Below, piece by piece: positions 27,166 through 37,599 of a stretch of 64,000 nt of DNA. Location: the NCBI GenBank assembly GCA_030609965.1, contig JAUWSQ010000002.1, positions 1,395-65,394 of the forward strand. The letters are read 5' to 3'. Source of the stretch: Candidatus Fermentibacterota bacterium. Its GTDB lineage: Bacteria > Fermentibacterota > Fermentibacteria > Fermentibacterales > JCC-6. The position numbers were made by a program, and so were the translations under genes. Below the pieces are notes generated by a model that made no database searches, was not told the origin of the DNA, and was given only the letters and a program-made list of their open reading frames with translations. The stretch's first letter is position 1; each line of letters starts with the position of its first letter.

Positions 27166-28415
27166 TGAAACTCTCCCTTATTATCCGTATTGCATGGCGA
27201 CAGATATTCAACGGATCCAATTCGGGTTTCGTGCGGACAGTATCTTCGCTATCTATTGTGGGAATCGCCATTGGAGTCGCAGCACTCATAATACTGAACT
27301 CTTTCATGGACGGGTTTTCGGAATCCATACTGAAACAGCTGTCCTCCATTCATCCGCCTATGGAGGTAAGAATTCCCGGAGGATATTCGCTTGAGCCGGA
27401 CGATATTCACTTTGTGGAAAACCTTGCCGCTATGTCTGAGAGTATCACATCCGTTTCACCTGTGCTTGAGAAAACTGTAGTTGCCGCTGGAAACAGCGGA
27501 GACGTTGCCGGAGTCCGCATAAGAGGTGTGGACTGGGATATTGAACCTTCCCTGGTATCCGGAGAGAGAATGAGTGATCTGGGCATTTGCGGTCAGGGTA
27601 CCGTTATGGGTATAGCGCTGGCCGAACGACTCGGTATCTCCCGGGGAGATACTATCAGGCTTGCTTCTACAGATGCCACGCAGTTTTCAGCTATGGGCAG
27701 GCTGCTTGTGGATACAATCGTTTCTGTTTCTGTAAGCGCTGTAACGGATTTCGGAATTGATGAGTACAATACATCAATAATAATCACAGACCTGACAACC
27801 GCTTCACTTCTCTTTAGAGATCCGATCCGGGCAACCTCTCTGAGTGTAGGTCTGACAGAGGAAGCGGACCCTGTAAGCGAAGCTGAAAGCATCTCCACTA
27901 TACTGAGAGAATCGTATATTGCCGGGGAATGCGAATACATGGTCTGCAGTGCCTTTATTTCGGCTCATCAGAATCTTTTTGCGGCACTGGGGCTGGAGAA
28001 GATGGGAATGGCCATCGTATTGGCTCTGATAAGTGTTGTAGCTATGCTGAACTTACTGAGTGCTCTAAACATGATCGCTATTGAGCACAGGAGGGATACT
28101 GGAGTTCTGAGATCAATGGGAGCTTCTCCGGGTACGATAGTATCCGCAGGATTAATGCAGGGCGGCATTATAGGGCTTAGTGGTGCTCTGCTGGGAAGTA
28201 TCTTTGCTGTGCTTGTCACCATTATGATCAACAGCTTCTTTCCGATAAGGCTTGATAGCAGTGTTTACTGGATCGATGTGCTTCCGGGGAAAGTACAGCC
28301 GCTGCTTATTCTGGGTATAGGGTTCGCAACCATCACTGCTTGTTTTATTGCCTCTCTATTCCCCGCTTTGCGCGCAATTAAAGTGTCACCTTCAGAGGCG
28401 GTAAGGTATGAGTGA
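27165..28415 (+). CDS. Lipoprotein-releasing ABC transporter permease (LolC/E, FtsX family)
   Basis: The N-terminus IAWRQIF...LSIVGIAIGVAALIILNSFMDGF, a large periplasmic loop, and a C-terminal FtsX-type three-helix bundle. Confidence 0.75.
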   Translation: MKLSLIIRIAWRQIFNGSNSGFVRTVSSLSIVGIAIGVAALIILNSFMDGFSESILKQLSSIHPPMEVRIPGGYSLEPDDIHFVENLAAMSESITSVSPVLEKTVVAAGNSGDVAGVRIRGVDWDIEPSLVSGERMSDLGICGQGTVMGIALAERLGISRGDTIRLASTDATQFSAMGRLLVDTIVSVSVSAVTDFGIDEYNTSIIITDLTTASLLFRDPIRATSLSVGLTEEADPVSEAESISTILRESYIAGECEYMVCSAFISAHQNLFAALGLEKMGMAIVLALISVVAMLNLLSALNMIAIEHRRDTGVLRSMGASPGTIVSAGLMQGGIIGLSGALLGSIFAVLVTIMINSFFPIRLDSSVYWIDVLPGKVQPLLILGIGFATITACFIASLFPALRAIKVSPSEAVRYE

Positions 28416-29103
28416 AAACACAAACTCCGTTCTGTCCGCTGTTGATATATGGAAGTCATACGGAAACGGCGCCACTTATCTTTCGATTATCAAGGGTGCA
28501 TGCATCGAAATATCAGCAGGTGAAGTCGTTTCCATCGTTGGACCGAGTGGTTCGGGTAAAAGTACTTTTCTGCACGTCTGCGGAGTGCTTGACCCTCCAG
28601 ACAGGGGCATCATATCCGTTGGTTCCAGGGATGTATGGTCTGTCAGTGAATCCAGAAGGGCTCGAATACGGAACAGCGAACTGGGGTTCATATTTCAGTT
28701 TCATCACCTGTTGGATGAGTTTACACTGCAGGAGAATGTGGCGATGCCATCGATGCTGGCTGGAAACTCCAGGAAGGATGCCCTCGATTCTGCATCGGAA
28801 CTCCTGGAGGAAGTCGGCCTGTCCGATAGAGGCCAGCACTTTCCATCTGAGACTTCCGGAGGGGAGCGACAGAGGGCTGCAGTAGCAAGAGCCTTGATAC
28901 TATCCCCTTCGGTTGTCCTGGCTGACGAACCGACCGGAAACCTTGATGCAGCCAGCAGCAGGATCGTGGAAGATCTTATGTTCGAGCTGGCCTCCAGAAG
29001 AAACCAGGCTTTTATTATTGCAACCCATAGTATTGAACTTGCCGGGAGAGCTCACAGATGTCTCACGCTGGATGATGGTGTTCTCCGTCACGATATGACA
29101 TGA
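28408..29103 (+). CDS. lolD: Lipoprotein-releasing ABC transporter ATP-binding protein
   Basis: Walker A GPSGSGKST, ABC signature SGGERQR, and Walker B VVLADEPTGNLD. It overlaps the permease gene by 8 nt. Confidence 0.8.
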   Translation: MSENTNSVLSAVDIWKSYGNGATYLSIIKGACIEISAGEVVSIVGPSGSGKSTFLHVCGVLDPPDRGIISVGSRDVWSVSESRRARIRNSELGFIFQFHHLLDEFTLQENVAMPSMLAGNSRKDALDSASELLEEVGLSDRGQHFPSETSGGERQRAAVARALILSPSVVLADEPTGNLDAASSRIVEDLMFELASRRNQAFIIATHSIELAGRAHRCLTLDDGVLRHDMT

Positions 29104-29203
29104 TTGCAGAGTTTTTTGTGCAGGATTATCTTTCAGGAACAAAGGATCACCATTCTGGATAGAATCATCCCGAAGCAGGGATTGTTTTGTTAAAGGAGAA
29201 TAA

Positions 29204-31678
29204 GTGCCGGAAAAACTGACAGAAAAAGCACGAGCTGCCCTTGAGATCGCTGTTAACGAAGCTGAAAGGTCTGGGCAGAGTAAAGTAGCCTCCGAGCATA
29301 TTCTTTTCGGTCTGATCTCCGTAAAGGGTTCAGCAGCTCTGATTATCCTTCACGAGCTTGGTGTGCGGATTGGTGTACTGAGAACAAGACTTGAAAATCT
29401 GATGCGAAGACCAGTAGCAAACGAAATAAACATTAGGGAGATAGGCTGGACCACCAAAGCCCGTCTGGTGAGGCGTGAAGCCGGAAGGAGAGCTGCAAGC
29501 AGAGGGGCAGCTGAAACAGGCACGCATCACCTTCTTCTTGGACTTCTCTCCGTTGGAAATTGTCAGGCGTCAAGTATTCTGAGGGAAAAGGGTGTATTTC
29601 TGAAGACCGCTGAAGAAGCAGCAGCAGAGCTTCCGCCTCATATCGAATCAGATAGTGGTGAGCAGCAGAAGAATGTTCAGGAAATCCCGGGAATAGAGTA
29701 TTTCTGCAGGGATCTGACCCGAATGGCCAGAGAGGGAAAGCTTGATCCGGTTATCGGCAGAGAAAAGCAGATCAACAGAGTGATCCAGGTACTCTGCAGA
29801 AGGAAGAAATCCAACCCTATTCTTATTGGTGAACCGGGTGTTGGGAAAACTGCGATAGTTGAAGGCCTTGCTGGTCTTATAGCACAGGGCAAAGCGCCCA
29901 GTATTCTGGCAGGAAAACGGATACTCGCCCTTGACATGGCTGCAGTGGTCGCAGGAACGAAATACAGAGGGCAGTTTGAACAGAGATTAAAGAAGCTTCT
30001 CCAGGAGATTACCGAATCCGGTGATATCATTCTGTTCATCGATGAAGCGCATGTTCTGGTCGGAGCCGGTGCAGCCGAGGGCGCTATGGATGCCGCCAAT
30101 CTTCTTAAGCCAGCCCTTGCAAGGGGTGAATTGAGGTGTATCGGAGCCACAACACTCGATGAATACAGGAAGCGTATTGAAAAGGATGGAGCACTGGAGA
30201 GGAGATTCCAGCCAGTCCCTGTAGATCCTCCGGGAGTTAGTGAAACTATAGAAATTCTGGAAGGCCTCAGACACAGATATGAAGAACACCATGGAACTGT
30301 GTATACTGATGAAGCTGTTCAGGCTGCGGCGAAACTCGCAGCAAGATATATCAGCGGCAGGTTCCTCCCGGATAAGGCCATCGATGTTCTGGATGAAGCG
30401 GGAGCGAAGAATAGAGTCTCGCACTCCATACTGCCCGATCATATAAAGGAGTTGATGAATGATCTGGCGGAACTCAGAGCCAGAAAGAAGGAAGCATCGC
30501 AGAACGAAGATTTTGAAAGTACTCTTGGTTTGCGTGAAGAAATAGAGAATCGCGAGAAGGAACTCGCTGAAATACGTTCCAACTGGCTGGCCGGTCTTCA
30601 TATTTCTCCCGTTTCAGAACAGCAGGTAGCCGAAGTTGTCGCAGATATGACGGGCATTCCGGTCAGCAGGGTGGGAAAGAGTGAAACTGCCGGGCTTCTG
30701 GATCTTGAAGACAGGCTTGAAGAAAGAATAGTAGGGCAGAGGGAAGCTATAGTCAGCATAATCAGTGCTATCAGGCGAAGCCGCGTGGGGCTGCGAGATG
30801 TGAACAAGCCGGCCGGAACATTCCTTTTCCTTGGACCTTCGGGAGTTGGAAAAACGGAGACAGCAAGGATACTCGCAGAACTGGTATTTGGTGATCCTTC
30901 GGCTCTAATAAGGATCGATATGTCCGAATTCCAGCAGAGTTTCTCCGGATCAAGACTGATAGGCGCACCTCCTGGATATGTAGGATACGATGAAGGTGGA
31001 CAATTGACGGAAAAAGTTCGGAGAAGACCGTATTCCATTGTACTTCTTGATGAAATTGAAAAAGCTCACACCGATCTTTACAATATGCTGCTGCAGGTAT
31101 TGGACTACGGTAGAATGACCGATAACTACGGCAGGGAAATAGATTTTACGAATACAATCCTGATAATGACCAGTAACATTGCCTCCAGAAGTCTTATGAA
31201 CGGCGGTAAACTTGGATTCTCAACTGATGAGGCGGAAGCCGAAACGGAACGTATTGACGGATTAGTGATGGATGCCGTGAAAGGCCACTTCAACCCCGAG
31301 TTTCTCAACAGACTGGATGAGATCGTAATATTCAACCCGCTTGAATTTGGTGATATGGAGAAGATAGTCTCCCTTCAGATGGAGGATGTGGAACAGCGCT
31401 TGTCTGAACTCGGTATTTCACTCGCTCTCTCACCTGAAGCCATAACACTAATAACAGAAGCCGGTTACGACCAGGAAGCCGGAGCACGACACATAAGAAG
31501 AACAATAAGAAGGCTTCTCGAGGATCCGCTTACCGATGCGATTCTGAGGAGTGAATTCTCATCAGGCGACACTGTTCTTGCAGTCAGGGATGGCAATCGA
31601 ATCGTTTTTAAAGTCCCCAGTGAAAATAATGAAGAAGAAATCAGATTGAACACAATACAAGGAAGAGTTGATAATTGA
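29204..31678 (+). CDS. clpC: Clp/Hsp100 AAA+ chaperone (ClpC-like, two ATPase modules, short middle domain)
   Basis: A Clp_N repeat is present. AAA-1 reads GEPGVGKTAIVEGLA and AAA-2 reads GPSGVGKTETAR...DEIEKAH. The start is GTG, 5 nt after AGGAG. Confidence 0.85.
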   Translation: MPEKLTEKARAALEIAVNEAERSGQSKVASEHILFGLISVKGSAALIILHELGVRIGVLRTRLENLMRRPVANEINIREIGWTTKARLVRREAGRRAASRGAAETGTHHLLLGLLSVGNCQASSILREKGVFLKTAEEAAAELPPHIESDSGEQQKNVQEIPGIEYFCRDLTRMAREGKLDPVIGREKQINRVIQVLCRRKKSNPILIGEPGVGKTAIVEGLAGLIAQGKAPSILAGKRILALDMAAVVAGTKYRGQFEQRLKKLLQEITESGDIILFIDEAHVLVGAGAAEGAMDAANLLKPALARGELRCIGATTLDEYRKRIEKDGALERRFQPVPVDPPGVSETIEILEGLRHRYEEHHGTVYTDEAVQAAAKLAARYISGRFLPDKAIDVLDEAGAKNRVSHSILPDHIKELMNDLAELRARKKEASQNEDFESTLGLREEIENREKELAEIRSNWLAGLHISPVSEQQVAEVVADMTGIPVSRVGKSETAGLLDLEDRLEERIVGQREAIVSIISAIRRSRVGLRDVNKPAGTFLFLGPSGVGKTETARILAELVFGDPSALIRIDMSEFQQSFSGSRLIGAPPGYVGYDEGGQLTEKVRRRPYSIVLLDEIEKAHTDLYNMLLQVLDYGRMTDNYGREIDFTNTILIMTSNIASRSLMNGGKLGFSTDEAEAETERIDGLVMDAVKGHFNPEFLNRLDEIVIFNPLEFGDMEKIVSLQMEDVEQRLSELGISLALSPEAITLITEAGYDQEAGARHIRRTIRRLLEDPLTDAILRSEFSSGDTVLAVRDGNRIVFKVPSENNEEEIRLNTIQGRVDN

Positions 31679-33906
31679 GATTTACTACAGCATTACTGGC
31701 ATTTGTGATATCAGCATCACTCGCACTGGATATCGGTCTTGTGGAAGTTACAGGCAATTCCTTTGTAAGCAGTGATCTTATCATAAGGGTTTTCGGGTTA
31801 GAACCAGGGGATATTTATAATCCTGCTGCTGTTAGCAGGGGAACCAGGGATCTTTTTGGACTTGGTTATTTCAGCTGCATCGAAATACAGGCTGATACAA
31901 CCGGCGGAGTGGCGGATCTTCTAATAGTCGTGAATGAAAACAGACTGCTCAGCAGGATTGAATTCAGTAATCCAGGATGCCTTGATGAAGACGATGTGCT
32001 GGATTCCCTCTCTCTTTTTCCTGGTCAGACAGTCTCACCCGGACAGATTGAGGAAGCTCGCAATGTAGTGCTGCATTATTACGCTGAAGATCATAGACAC
32101 GAGGCAGTTGCCACTCCCGTCTGGCTTGATCCGGACAGCGACAACAGGAGTGTACTTCTGTTCGAATGCGAAGAAGGTCCGAATATCCGCGTCGGGGAGA
32201 TTGATTTTACTGGCAATATCGCATTTAATGACAGTAAACTTCGAGGCCAGATGGATACTCATCAGGATTCCTTCTGGCGATCCGGAAGGTACAGGAAAAG
32301 TGAATTTGACGCCAGTCTTGATTCGGTGATCACGTTCTATCAGGATCATGGATATCCTGAAGCCAGAGTTATTGATGTTGAACAGTCAATGCTCGAAGAC
32401 GGTCGACATCTGAGGTTCGAAATCACGCTGGATGAGGGCGGGTACTATACTTTTGGTGACATCTCATTCTCCGGCAATGAAGCCTTTCCGGACTCAGTCC
32501 TTCTATTGGCCATGGATATGAAACCCGGAGACGAATACAGCGGAAAAAAAATGAACTCTTCCCTGATGACAATGTATGAACTGTTTCAGGAACTGGGATA
32601 TTTCTATGCGGGTATCGATCCGGTTGTAACAGACAGCGGTACAGATAACACTCTGGATATAGCTTACATTGTGAGTGAGGGTGAAAGAGCACATGTCCGC
32701 AGGATTGAGATCACCGGGAATAACAGAACTCTTGAAAATATTATCAGAAGGCAGTTAACCGTATATCCAGGTGATATGTTCCAGCGATCAGCTCTAATGA
32801 GGAGTTACAGGAATATCTACTATTTGAATTATTTCAGTAACGTTGGTGTGGATTTCCGCTATATTGAAGACTCCCCGGACGTTGATATCGTATTTGATCT
32901 GGAAGAGAAAACGACCGGTAAAGCTGGAATTGGAGCCGCTTACGGTGGAGGAACAGGTTTCAGCGGGTTCGTTGAACTTGGAGAAACCAACCTTTTCGGA
33001 CGAGGACAAAGCCTGACCTTCAATTACCAGTTCTCAAAAACCCAGCATGATGTTCAGGTAAGCTTCAGGGAACCGTGGTTCAGAGATACTCCTTTATCCC
33101 TGGGCGGTGAGGTATTTCATACGACATACAATGAGTCGGAATACGACCGCCGCAGAACAGGGGGAGCTGTAATGGTCGGCCGTACGCTTCCCTGGGTGGA
33201 TTACGCCTCAGCCTCCATAAAGTACAGCCTTGAAAAGGTCGATGTATTCAATATTACCAGCGATACAACAAGCTATTACTATTCCCTTCGAAACACGGAT
33301 TGGCCAAGGTGGACAAGCACTGTCAAGCTGAATTTCACAAGAGACAGCAGGGACAGACAGATGTTCGCATCCAGAGGTTCTCTTAACAGTCTTACAGGAG
33401 AATTTGCCGGTGGTGCTCTTGGCGGCAACATTGGATTTCAGAAGTATCTTATTGATTCAAGCTGGTATGTGCCGTCCTTCTGGAAATTCATCTTCTTCCT
33501 GAGAGCAAGAGTCGGGATGGTAGCATCTCTGGATGGCAGAGAACCCCCGGCATATGAGTATTTTGAACTGGGCGGAACTGGTTTCTATGGTATCAGAGGG
33601 TACTCTTCAAACAGCATCACTGCCAGGGAAGGTTATGAAACTGTAGGGGGAAGTTCAATGCTTATTCTCAGCGCCGAATACAGATGCCGGATCATTGATC
33701 AGCTCCAGCTTGCTATATTTGCCGATGCTGGTAATACTTGGTCTTCATGGTCTTCCAGTGATTTTTCTGATCTGAACCGGGGTGCCGGGATCGGGATCCG
33801 GATCGAAGTACCTATGCTTGGTGTCATCGGGTTTGATTACGCTTACGGTTTTGATGGCCCTGATCGTGGCTGGGAACCGCATTTCCAGTTTGGTACGATG
33901 TTCTAA
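31675..33906 (+). CDS. bamA: Outer membrane protein assembly factor BamA (POTRA repeats plus Omp85 barrel)
   Basis: It has a signal peptide and POTRA-like repeats (GDISFSGNEAF, IEITGNNRT). The Omp85 C-terminus reads GGxxxxRGY (GGTGFYGIRGY) and ends FQFGTMF. The TTG start overlaps the clpC stop. Confidence 0.88.
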   Translation: MRFTTALLAFVISASLALDIGLVEVTGNSFVSSDLIIRVFGLEPGDIYNPAAVSRGTRDLFGLGYFSCIEIQADTTGGVADLLIVVNENRLLSRIEFSNPGCLDEDDVLDSLSLFPGQTVSPGQIEEARNVVLHYYAEDHRHEAVATPVWLDPDSDNRSVLLFECEEGPNIRVGEIDFTGNIAFNDSKLRGQMDTHQDSFWRSGRYRKSEFDASLDSVITFYQDHGYPEARVIDVEQSMLEDGRHLRFEITLDEGGYYTFGDISFSGNEAFPDSVLLLAMDMKPGDEYSGKKMNSSLMTMYELFQELGYFYAGIDPVVTDSGTDNTLDIAYIVSEGERAHVRRIEITGNNRTLENIIRRQLTVYPGDMFQRSALMRSYRNIYYLNYFSNVGVDFRYIEDSPDVDIVFDLEEKTTGKAGIGAAYGGGTGFSGFVELGETNLFGRGQSLTFNYQFSKTQHDVQVSFREPWFRDTPLSLGGEVFHTTYNESEYDRRRTGGAVMVGRTLPWVDYASASIKYSLEKVDVFNITSDTTSYYYSLRNTDWPRWTSTVKLNFTRDSRDRQMFASRGSLNSLTGEFAGGALGGNIGFQKYLIDSSWYVPSFWKFIFFLRARVGMVASLDGREPPAYEYFELGGTGFYGIRGYSSNSITAREGYETVGGSSMLILSAEYRCRIIDQLQLAIFADAGNTWSSWSSSDFSDLNRGAGIGIRIEVPMLGVIGFDYAYGFDGPDRGWEPHFQFGTMF

Positions 33907-33986
33907 AAAAGAGGAGATCGAATCCTGAGACAACTGGATTATGTGTATATTCAGGCTGACCGTTTTGTATTTGGAGGATTACAGTC

Positions 33987-34493
33987 ATGAAAATTGCCCT
34001 GCTTACAGCTTTTTCTGTTGCTTCTGTTCTTGCGGCACAGACAATTGCAGTCATAGACTCGGACAGGATATTCGATAACCTCGGCGAGGTGACTGATGCT
34101 ACTGAATTACTTGAAAGGGAGATCGGTGAGTGGGAAGCTCATGCTGATTCGCTCCAGGAAGAGATTGATGCCATACAGGCTGACCTGGAGTATACAATGG
34201 TAATGAGCCCGGAACGGAGAAGGGAAAGAGAAGCGCTGATCGAAGAGAAGTCTGCGGAACTTCAGATTTTCCTTTCTCACACGTTCGGACCGGGAGGACT
34301 GGTTGAATCAAGAAACAGTCAGCTTGTGTCACCAATAGTAGCCAGTATAAACGAAGCAGTTCAGGAACTGAGTATTGAGGAAGGATACGATATTGTATTG
34401 GACACATCGGGGGGACTCGTTGTATATGTATCCAATTCTATGGATATAACAGACATGGTTCTGGAAAAACTATCCACCGGAGGCAGCGACTGA
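33987..34493 (+). CDS. OmpH/Skp family periplasmic chaperone
   Basis: A 168-aa protein with a signal peptide and a coiled-coil-rich sequence, in the canonical position between bamA and lpxD. Confidence 0.75.
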   Translation: MKIALLTAFSVASVLAAQTIAVIDSDRIFDNLGEVTDATELLEREIGEWEAHADSLQEEIDAIQADLEYTMVMSPERRREREALIEEKSAELQIFLSHTFGPGGLVESRNSQLVSPIVASINEAVQELSIEEGYDIVLDTSGGLVVYVSNSMDITDMVLEKLSTGGSD

Positions 34494-34494
34494 T

Positions 34495-35517
34495 ATGAAG
34501 TTATCCATCCTGGCCGGAAAGTTGAATGGAGAACTTATCGGACCGGATGGAGAAAGTGAAGTAACTGGTGTATCTACACTTCAGGATGCGCAAACTAATC
34601 AGATCTGCTATTTTGGAAACAAACTTTATAGAAAATACCTTAAATCCACCAACGCCCTTGCTGTAATAACGAGGGAAATACTTGAATCCTCAGCCGCAAA
34701 CCTTATTCTGGTTAATGATCCTTATCGAGCCTTCAGAGAAGCACTGATCCTATTCAGACATCAGACATTATCCGGGTTCACAGGAATCCATCCGACTTCA
34801 GTAATTCATCCAGATGCAGTATTGAGTGCCGATGTGACGGTAGGTCCCAATGCTGTTGTGGATTCGTGCGCAAGGATAGGTTGTGGTACATTGATTGGCG
34901 CAGGTTCGGTCATCGGCCCGGGAGTTACTATCGGGCACAAGAGTATTATTCATTCAGTCGTCTCGGTTTATCATGACTGCGTCATCGGCAGCAGAGTTAT
35001 AATACATTCCGGCTCGGTTATCGGTTCTGATGGTTTTGGCTTCATACCCGACCCTCAGGGGCACCTCAAAATACCCCAGAACGGGAATGTTGTGATAGAA
35101 GATGACGTTGAGATCGGTGCTGGATGTACGATAGACAGAGCCGTAGTCGGCAGTACATTAATAAGCAGGTTCTCCAAGCTAGACAATCTCATTCAAATCG
35201 CTCATAATGTCACCGTTGGCCCGGGCTGCATAATTGCAGCTCAAACTGGAATATCAGGGAGTACAGTAATCGGATCGGGGGTAGTTTTCGGCGGTCAGGC
35301 AGGTATAGCCGGGCATATCACTATTGGAGATGGCGCTGTTGTCGCAGCCCAGTCCGGAGTTACAAAAGATGTGGCAGCTGGAACTATTGTATCCGGTTAT
35401 CCGGCTCGTTCTCATAAACGAGCCCTCAGGCTGAATGCTGCCATCTCTGATCTGCCGGAATTCAGAAGAGAAGTTTTAGAATTCATAAAGGAATTCAGAA
35501 GTAAAGAAGAGGAATAA
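34495..35517 (+). CDS. lpxD: UDP-3-O-acylglucosamine N-acyltransferase
   Basis: Hexapeptide-repeat left-handed beta-helix, with FGFIPD...KIPQNGNVVIEDDVEIGAGCTIDRA. Operon context supports the call. Confidence 0.9.
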   Translation: MKLSILAGKLNGELIGPDGESEVTGVSTLQDAQTNQICYFGNKLYRKYLKSTNALAVITREILESSAANLILVNDPYRAFREALILFRHQTLSGFTGIHPTSVIHPDAVLSADVTVGPNAVVDSCARIGCGTLIGAGSVIGPGVTIGHKSIIHSVVSVYHDCVIGSRVIIHSGSVIGSDGFGFIPDPQGHLKIPQNGNVVIEDDVEIGAGCTIDRAVVGSTLISRFSKLDNLIQIAHNVTVGPGCIIAAQTGISGSTVIGSGVVFGGQAGIAGHITIGDGAVVAAQSGVTKDVAAGTIVSGYPARSHKRALRLNAAISDLPEFRREVLEFIKEFRSKEEE

Positions 35518-35522
35518 TACAT

Positions 35523-36839
35523 ATGAACCATTACCAGACTACACTTCAACAATCGGTAGTATACAGCGGAATAGGTCTTCATCTCGGCAAAGAGACTTCC
35601 ATTACTTTCCAGCCTGCTCCTGCGAACACGGGAATAGTATTTGTAAGAACAGATGTAAAAAGCAAACCCAGGATAAAAGCCTGCCTTGCGAATGTCAGGC
35701 AGGTCGAGGAGCAGTCAAGAAGAACGACTCTCGGCTACGATTACTACGAAGTTCATACTGTCGAGCATGTTCTCTCCGCACTATACGGCCTGGGAATTGA
35801 TAACTGCATCATTGAGCTTGATTCAGACGAACCTCCCGAACCGGAAGACGGTTCCATCAGAAGCTATATAGAAGTACTTGAGAATGGTGGAATGAAGGAA
35901 ATTGAAGGTGAACTGACCAGGATAATCAAGATTGATAATCCAGTAAGCATTGAAGCATTTGGAGCAAGCCTTACAGTTGTACCATACGATGGCCTGAAAA
36001 TAAGCTTTACGATCAATTACGATAATTCTGTTCTTGGAACTCAATATCTTTCACTTGAATTGACACCTGAATTATTCAAGAATGAAATAGCTCCAGCAAG
36101 AACATTCTGTCTTTACAAAGATGTCAAGCATCTTCAGGAGAAGAACCTGATAAAGGGGGGTACCCTTAAGAATGCTGTCGTGGTTGGAGAGGATGGAATC
36201 CTGAACGATGAACCGCTACGATTCCCCGACGAATTCGTCCGTCATAAGATACTTGACCTGATCGGAGATCTTTCTCTACTGGGAGCAAGACTTAAAGGAC
36301 ATATTATATCAGCAAAATCCGGTCATGCATCCAATGTTAAATTCGTGAAGAAAATCGATGATGTCTATAGCAGTACGAAAGATACAATTCCTCTTACTGA
36401 CAAGAATTGGGATATTAACGATATCATGGATCTGCTTCCTCACAGGTATCCTTTTCTTCTTGTTGACAGGATGCTGGAAGTTGAACCGGATAAAAGAGTT
36501 GTCGGTCTGAAGAATGTTACCATCAATGAACCTTATTTCCAGGGTCATTTTCCTGGAAGCCCCATAATGCCCGGAGTACTTATAATAGAGGCAATGGGTC
36601 AGGTCGGCGGATTGATGCTGTTCAATTCGCTTGAAAAACCCTCCAACTGGATTGTGATGTTTACAGGATTAGACAAGGTCAGATTCAGAACTCCGGTCAG
36701 GCCAGGTGATCAGCTTATTTTTGAGCTTGAAATGATACACAAAAGAGGCCCCATGTGCAGGATGAAAGGTGTAGCTAAAGTAGACGGCAAGATTGCTGTT
36801 GAAGCAATAATAATGGCTATGCTGGTAGAGAAAGAATGA
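35523..36839 (+). CDS. lpxC/fabZ: Bifunctional UDP-3-O-acyl-GlcNAc deacetylase / 3-hydroxyacyl-ACP dehydratase (LpxC-FabZ fusion)
   Basis: The N-terminal LpxC part reads GIGLHLGKE...VEHVLSAL...FVRHKILDLIGDL...SGHA. The C-terminal FabZ part reads LLPHRYPFLLVDR...VTINEPYFQGHFPG.PIMPGVLIIEAMGQ. Confidence 0.9.
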   Translation: MNHYQTTLQQSVVYSGIGLHLGKETSITFQPAPANTGIVFVRTDVKSKPRIKACLANVRQVEEQSRRTTLGYDYYEVHTVEHVLSALYGLGIDNCIIELDSDEPPEPEDGSIRSYIEVLENGGMKEIEGELTRIIKIDNPVSIEAFGASLTVVPYDGLKISFTINYDNSVLGTQYLSLELTPELFKNEIAPARTFCLYKDVKHLQEKNLIKGGTLKNAVVVGEDGILNDEPLRFPDEFVRHKILDLIGDLSLLGARLKGHIISAKSGHASNVKFVKKIDDVYSSTKDTIPLTDKNWDINDIMDLLPHRYPFLLVDRMLEVEPDKRVVGLKNVTINEPYFQGHFPGSPIMPGVLIIEAMGQVGGLMLFNSLEKPSNWIVMFTGLDKVRFRTPVRPGDQLIFELEMIHKRGPMCRMKGVAKVDGKIAVEAIIMAMLVEKE

Positions 36840-37597
36840 TTCACCCGACTGCTATTGTTGACTCGATTCTGCCCGATGATGTGCAGATCGGAGCATACGC
36901 TGTTATCGGTCCGGATGTTCAAATCGGCAGGGGTGTACGAATCGCTCCGCATGCCTATGTAACAGGACCTGCATTTATCGGTGATTCTGTTTCCATAGGA
37001 CCATCAGCAGTGATCGGCACTGACCCTCAGGATCTAAAATATGATGGTGAACGGACGGAGTTGTTCATAGGTTCGGGCACCGTTATTCGCGAATTCGCCA
37101 ATATTAACAGGGGAACGGTCGAATCAGGCAGAACAGTGATAGGTTCCAACTGTCTTGTCATGGCTTACGTACACATTGCACATGACTGCATCATAGGTGA
37201 CAGGGTTATCCTCGCGAATGCTGTCAATATGGCCGGACATGTAGAGATAGGCAGCGATGTAACAGTTGGAGGCGTCGTCCCGATCCATCAGTTTGTCAGA
37301 ATTGGTGATCATGCAATGATCGGAGGGGGATACAGGGTCAGCAAGGATGTTCCTCCTTTCATTCTTGCAGGAGGAGCCCCCCTGGGAGTCCGGGGATTGA
37401 ATCGTATCGGACTCCGCAGGAAAGGATTTTCGCAGGAAAGACTGGATAATCTTGATCGGGCTTTCAGACATCTTTTCAGGGAACACGGTACACTCACCTC
37501 AAAAGCAACCGGTCTGATGGAAGACAGTAATACCTCCGATGATGTTAAACAGCTGGCAGACTTCATAATGTCAAGTACCAGAGGAGTTATCAGCTGA
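36836..37597 (+). CDS. lpxA: Acyl-ACP--UDP-GlcNAc O-acyltransferase
   Basis: MIHPTAIVD, hexapeptide repeats, and MAYVHIAHDCIIGD...AGHVEIGD...VHQFVRIG. Confidence 0.9.
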   Translation: MIHPTAIVDSILPDDVQIGAYAVIGPDVQIGRGVRIAPHAYVTGPAFIGDSVSIGPSAVIGTDPQDLKYDGERTELFIGSGTVIREFANINRGTVESGRTVIGSNCLVMAYVHIAHDCIIGDRVILANAVNMAGHVEIGSDVTVGGVVPIHQFVRIGDHAMIGGGYRVSKDVPPFILAGGAPLGVRGLNRIGLRRKGFSQERLDNLDRAFRHLFREHGTLTSKATGLMEDSNTSDDVKQLADFIMSSTRGVIS

Positions 37598-37599
37598 CG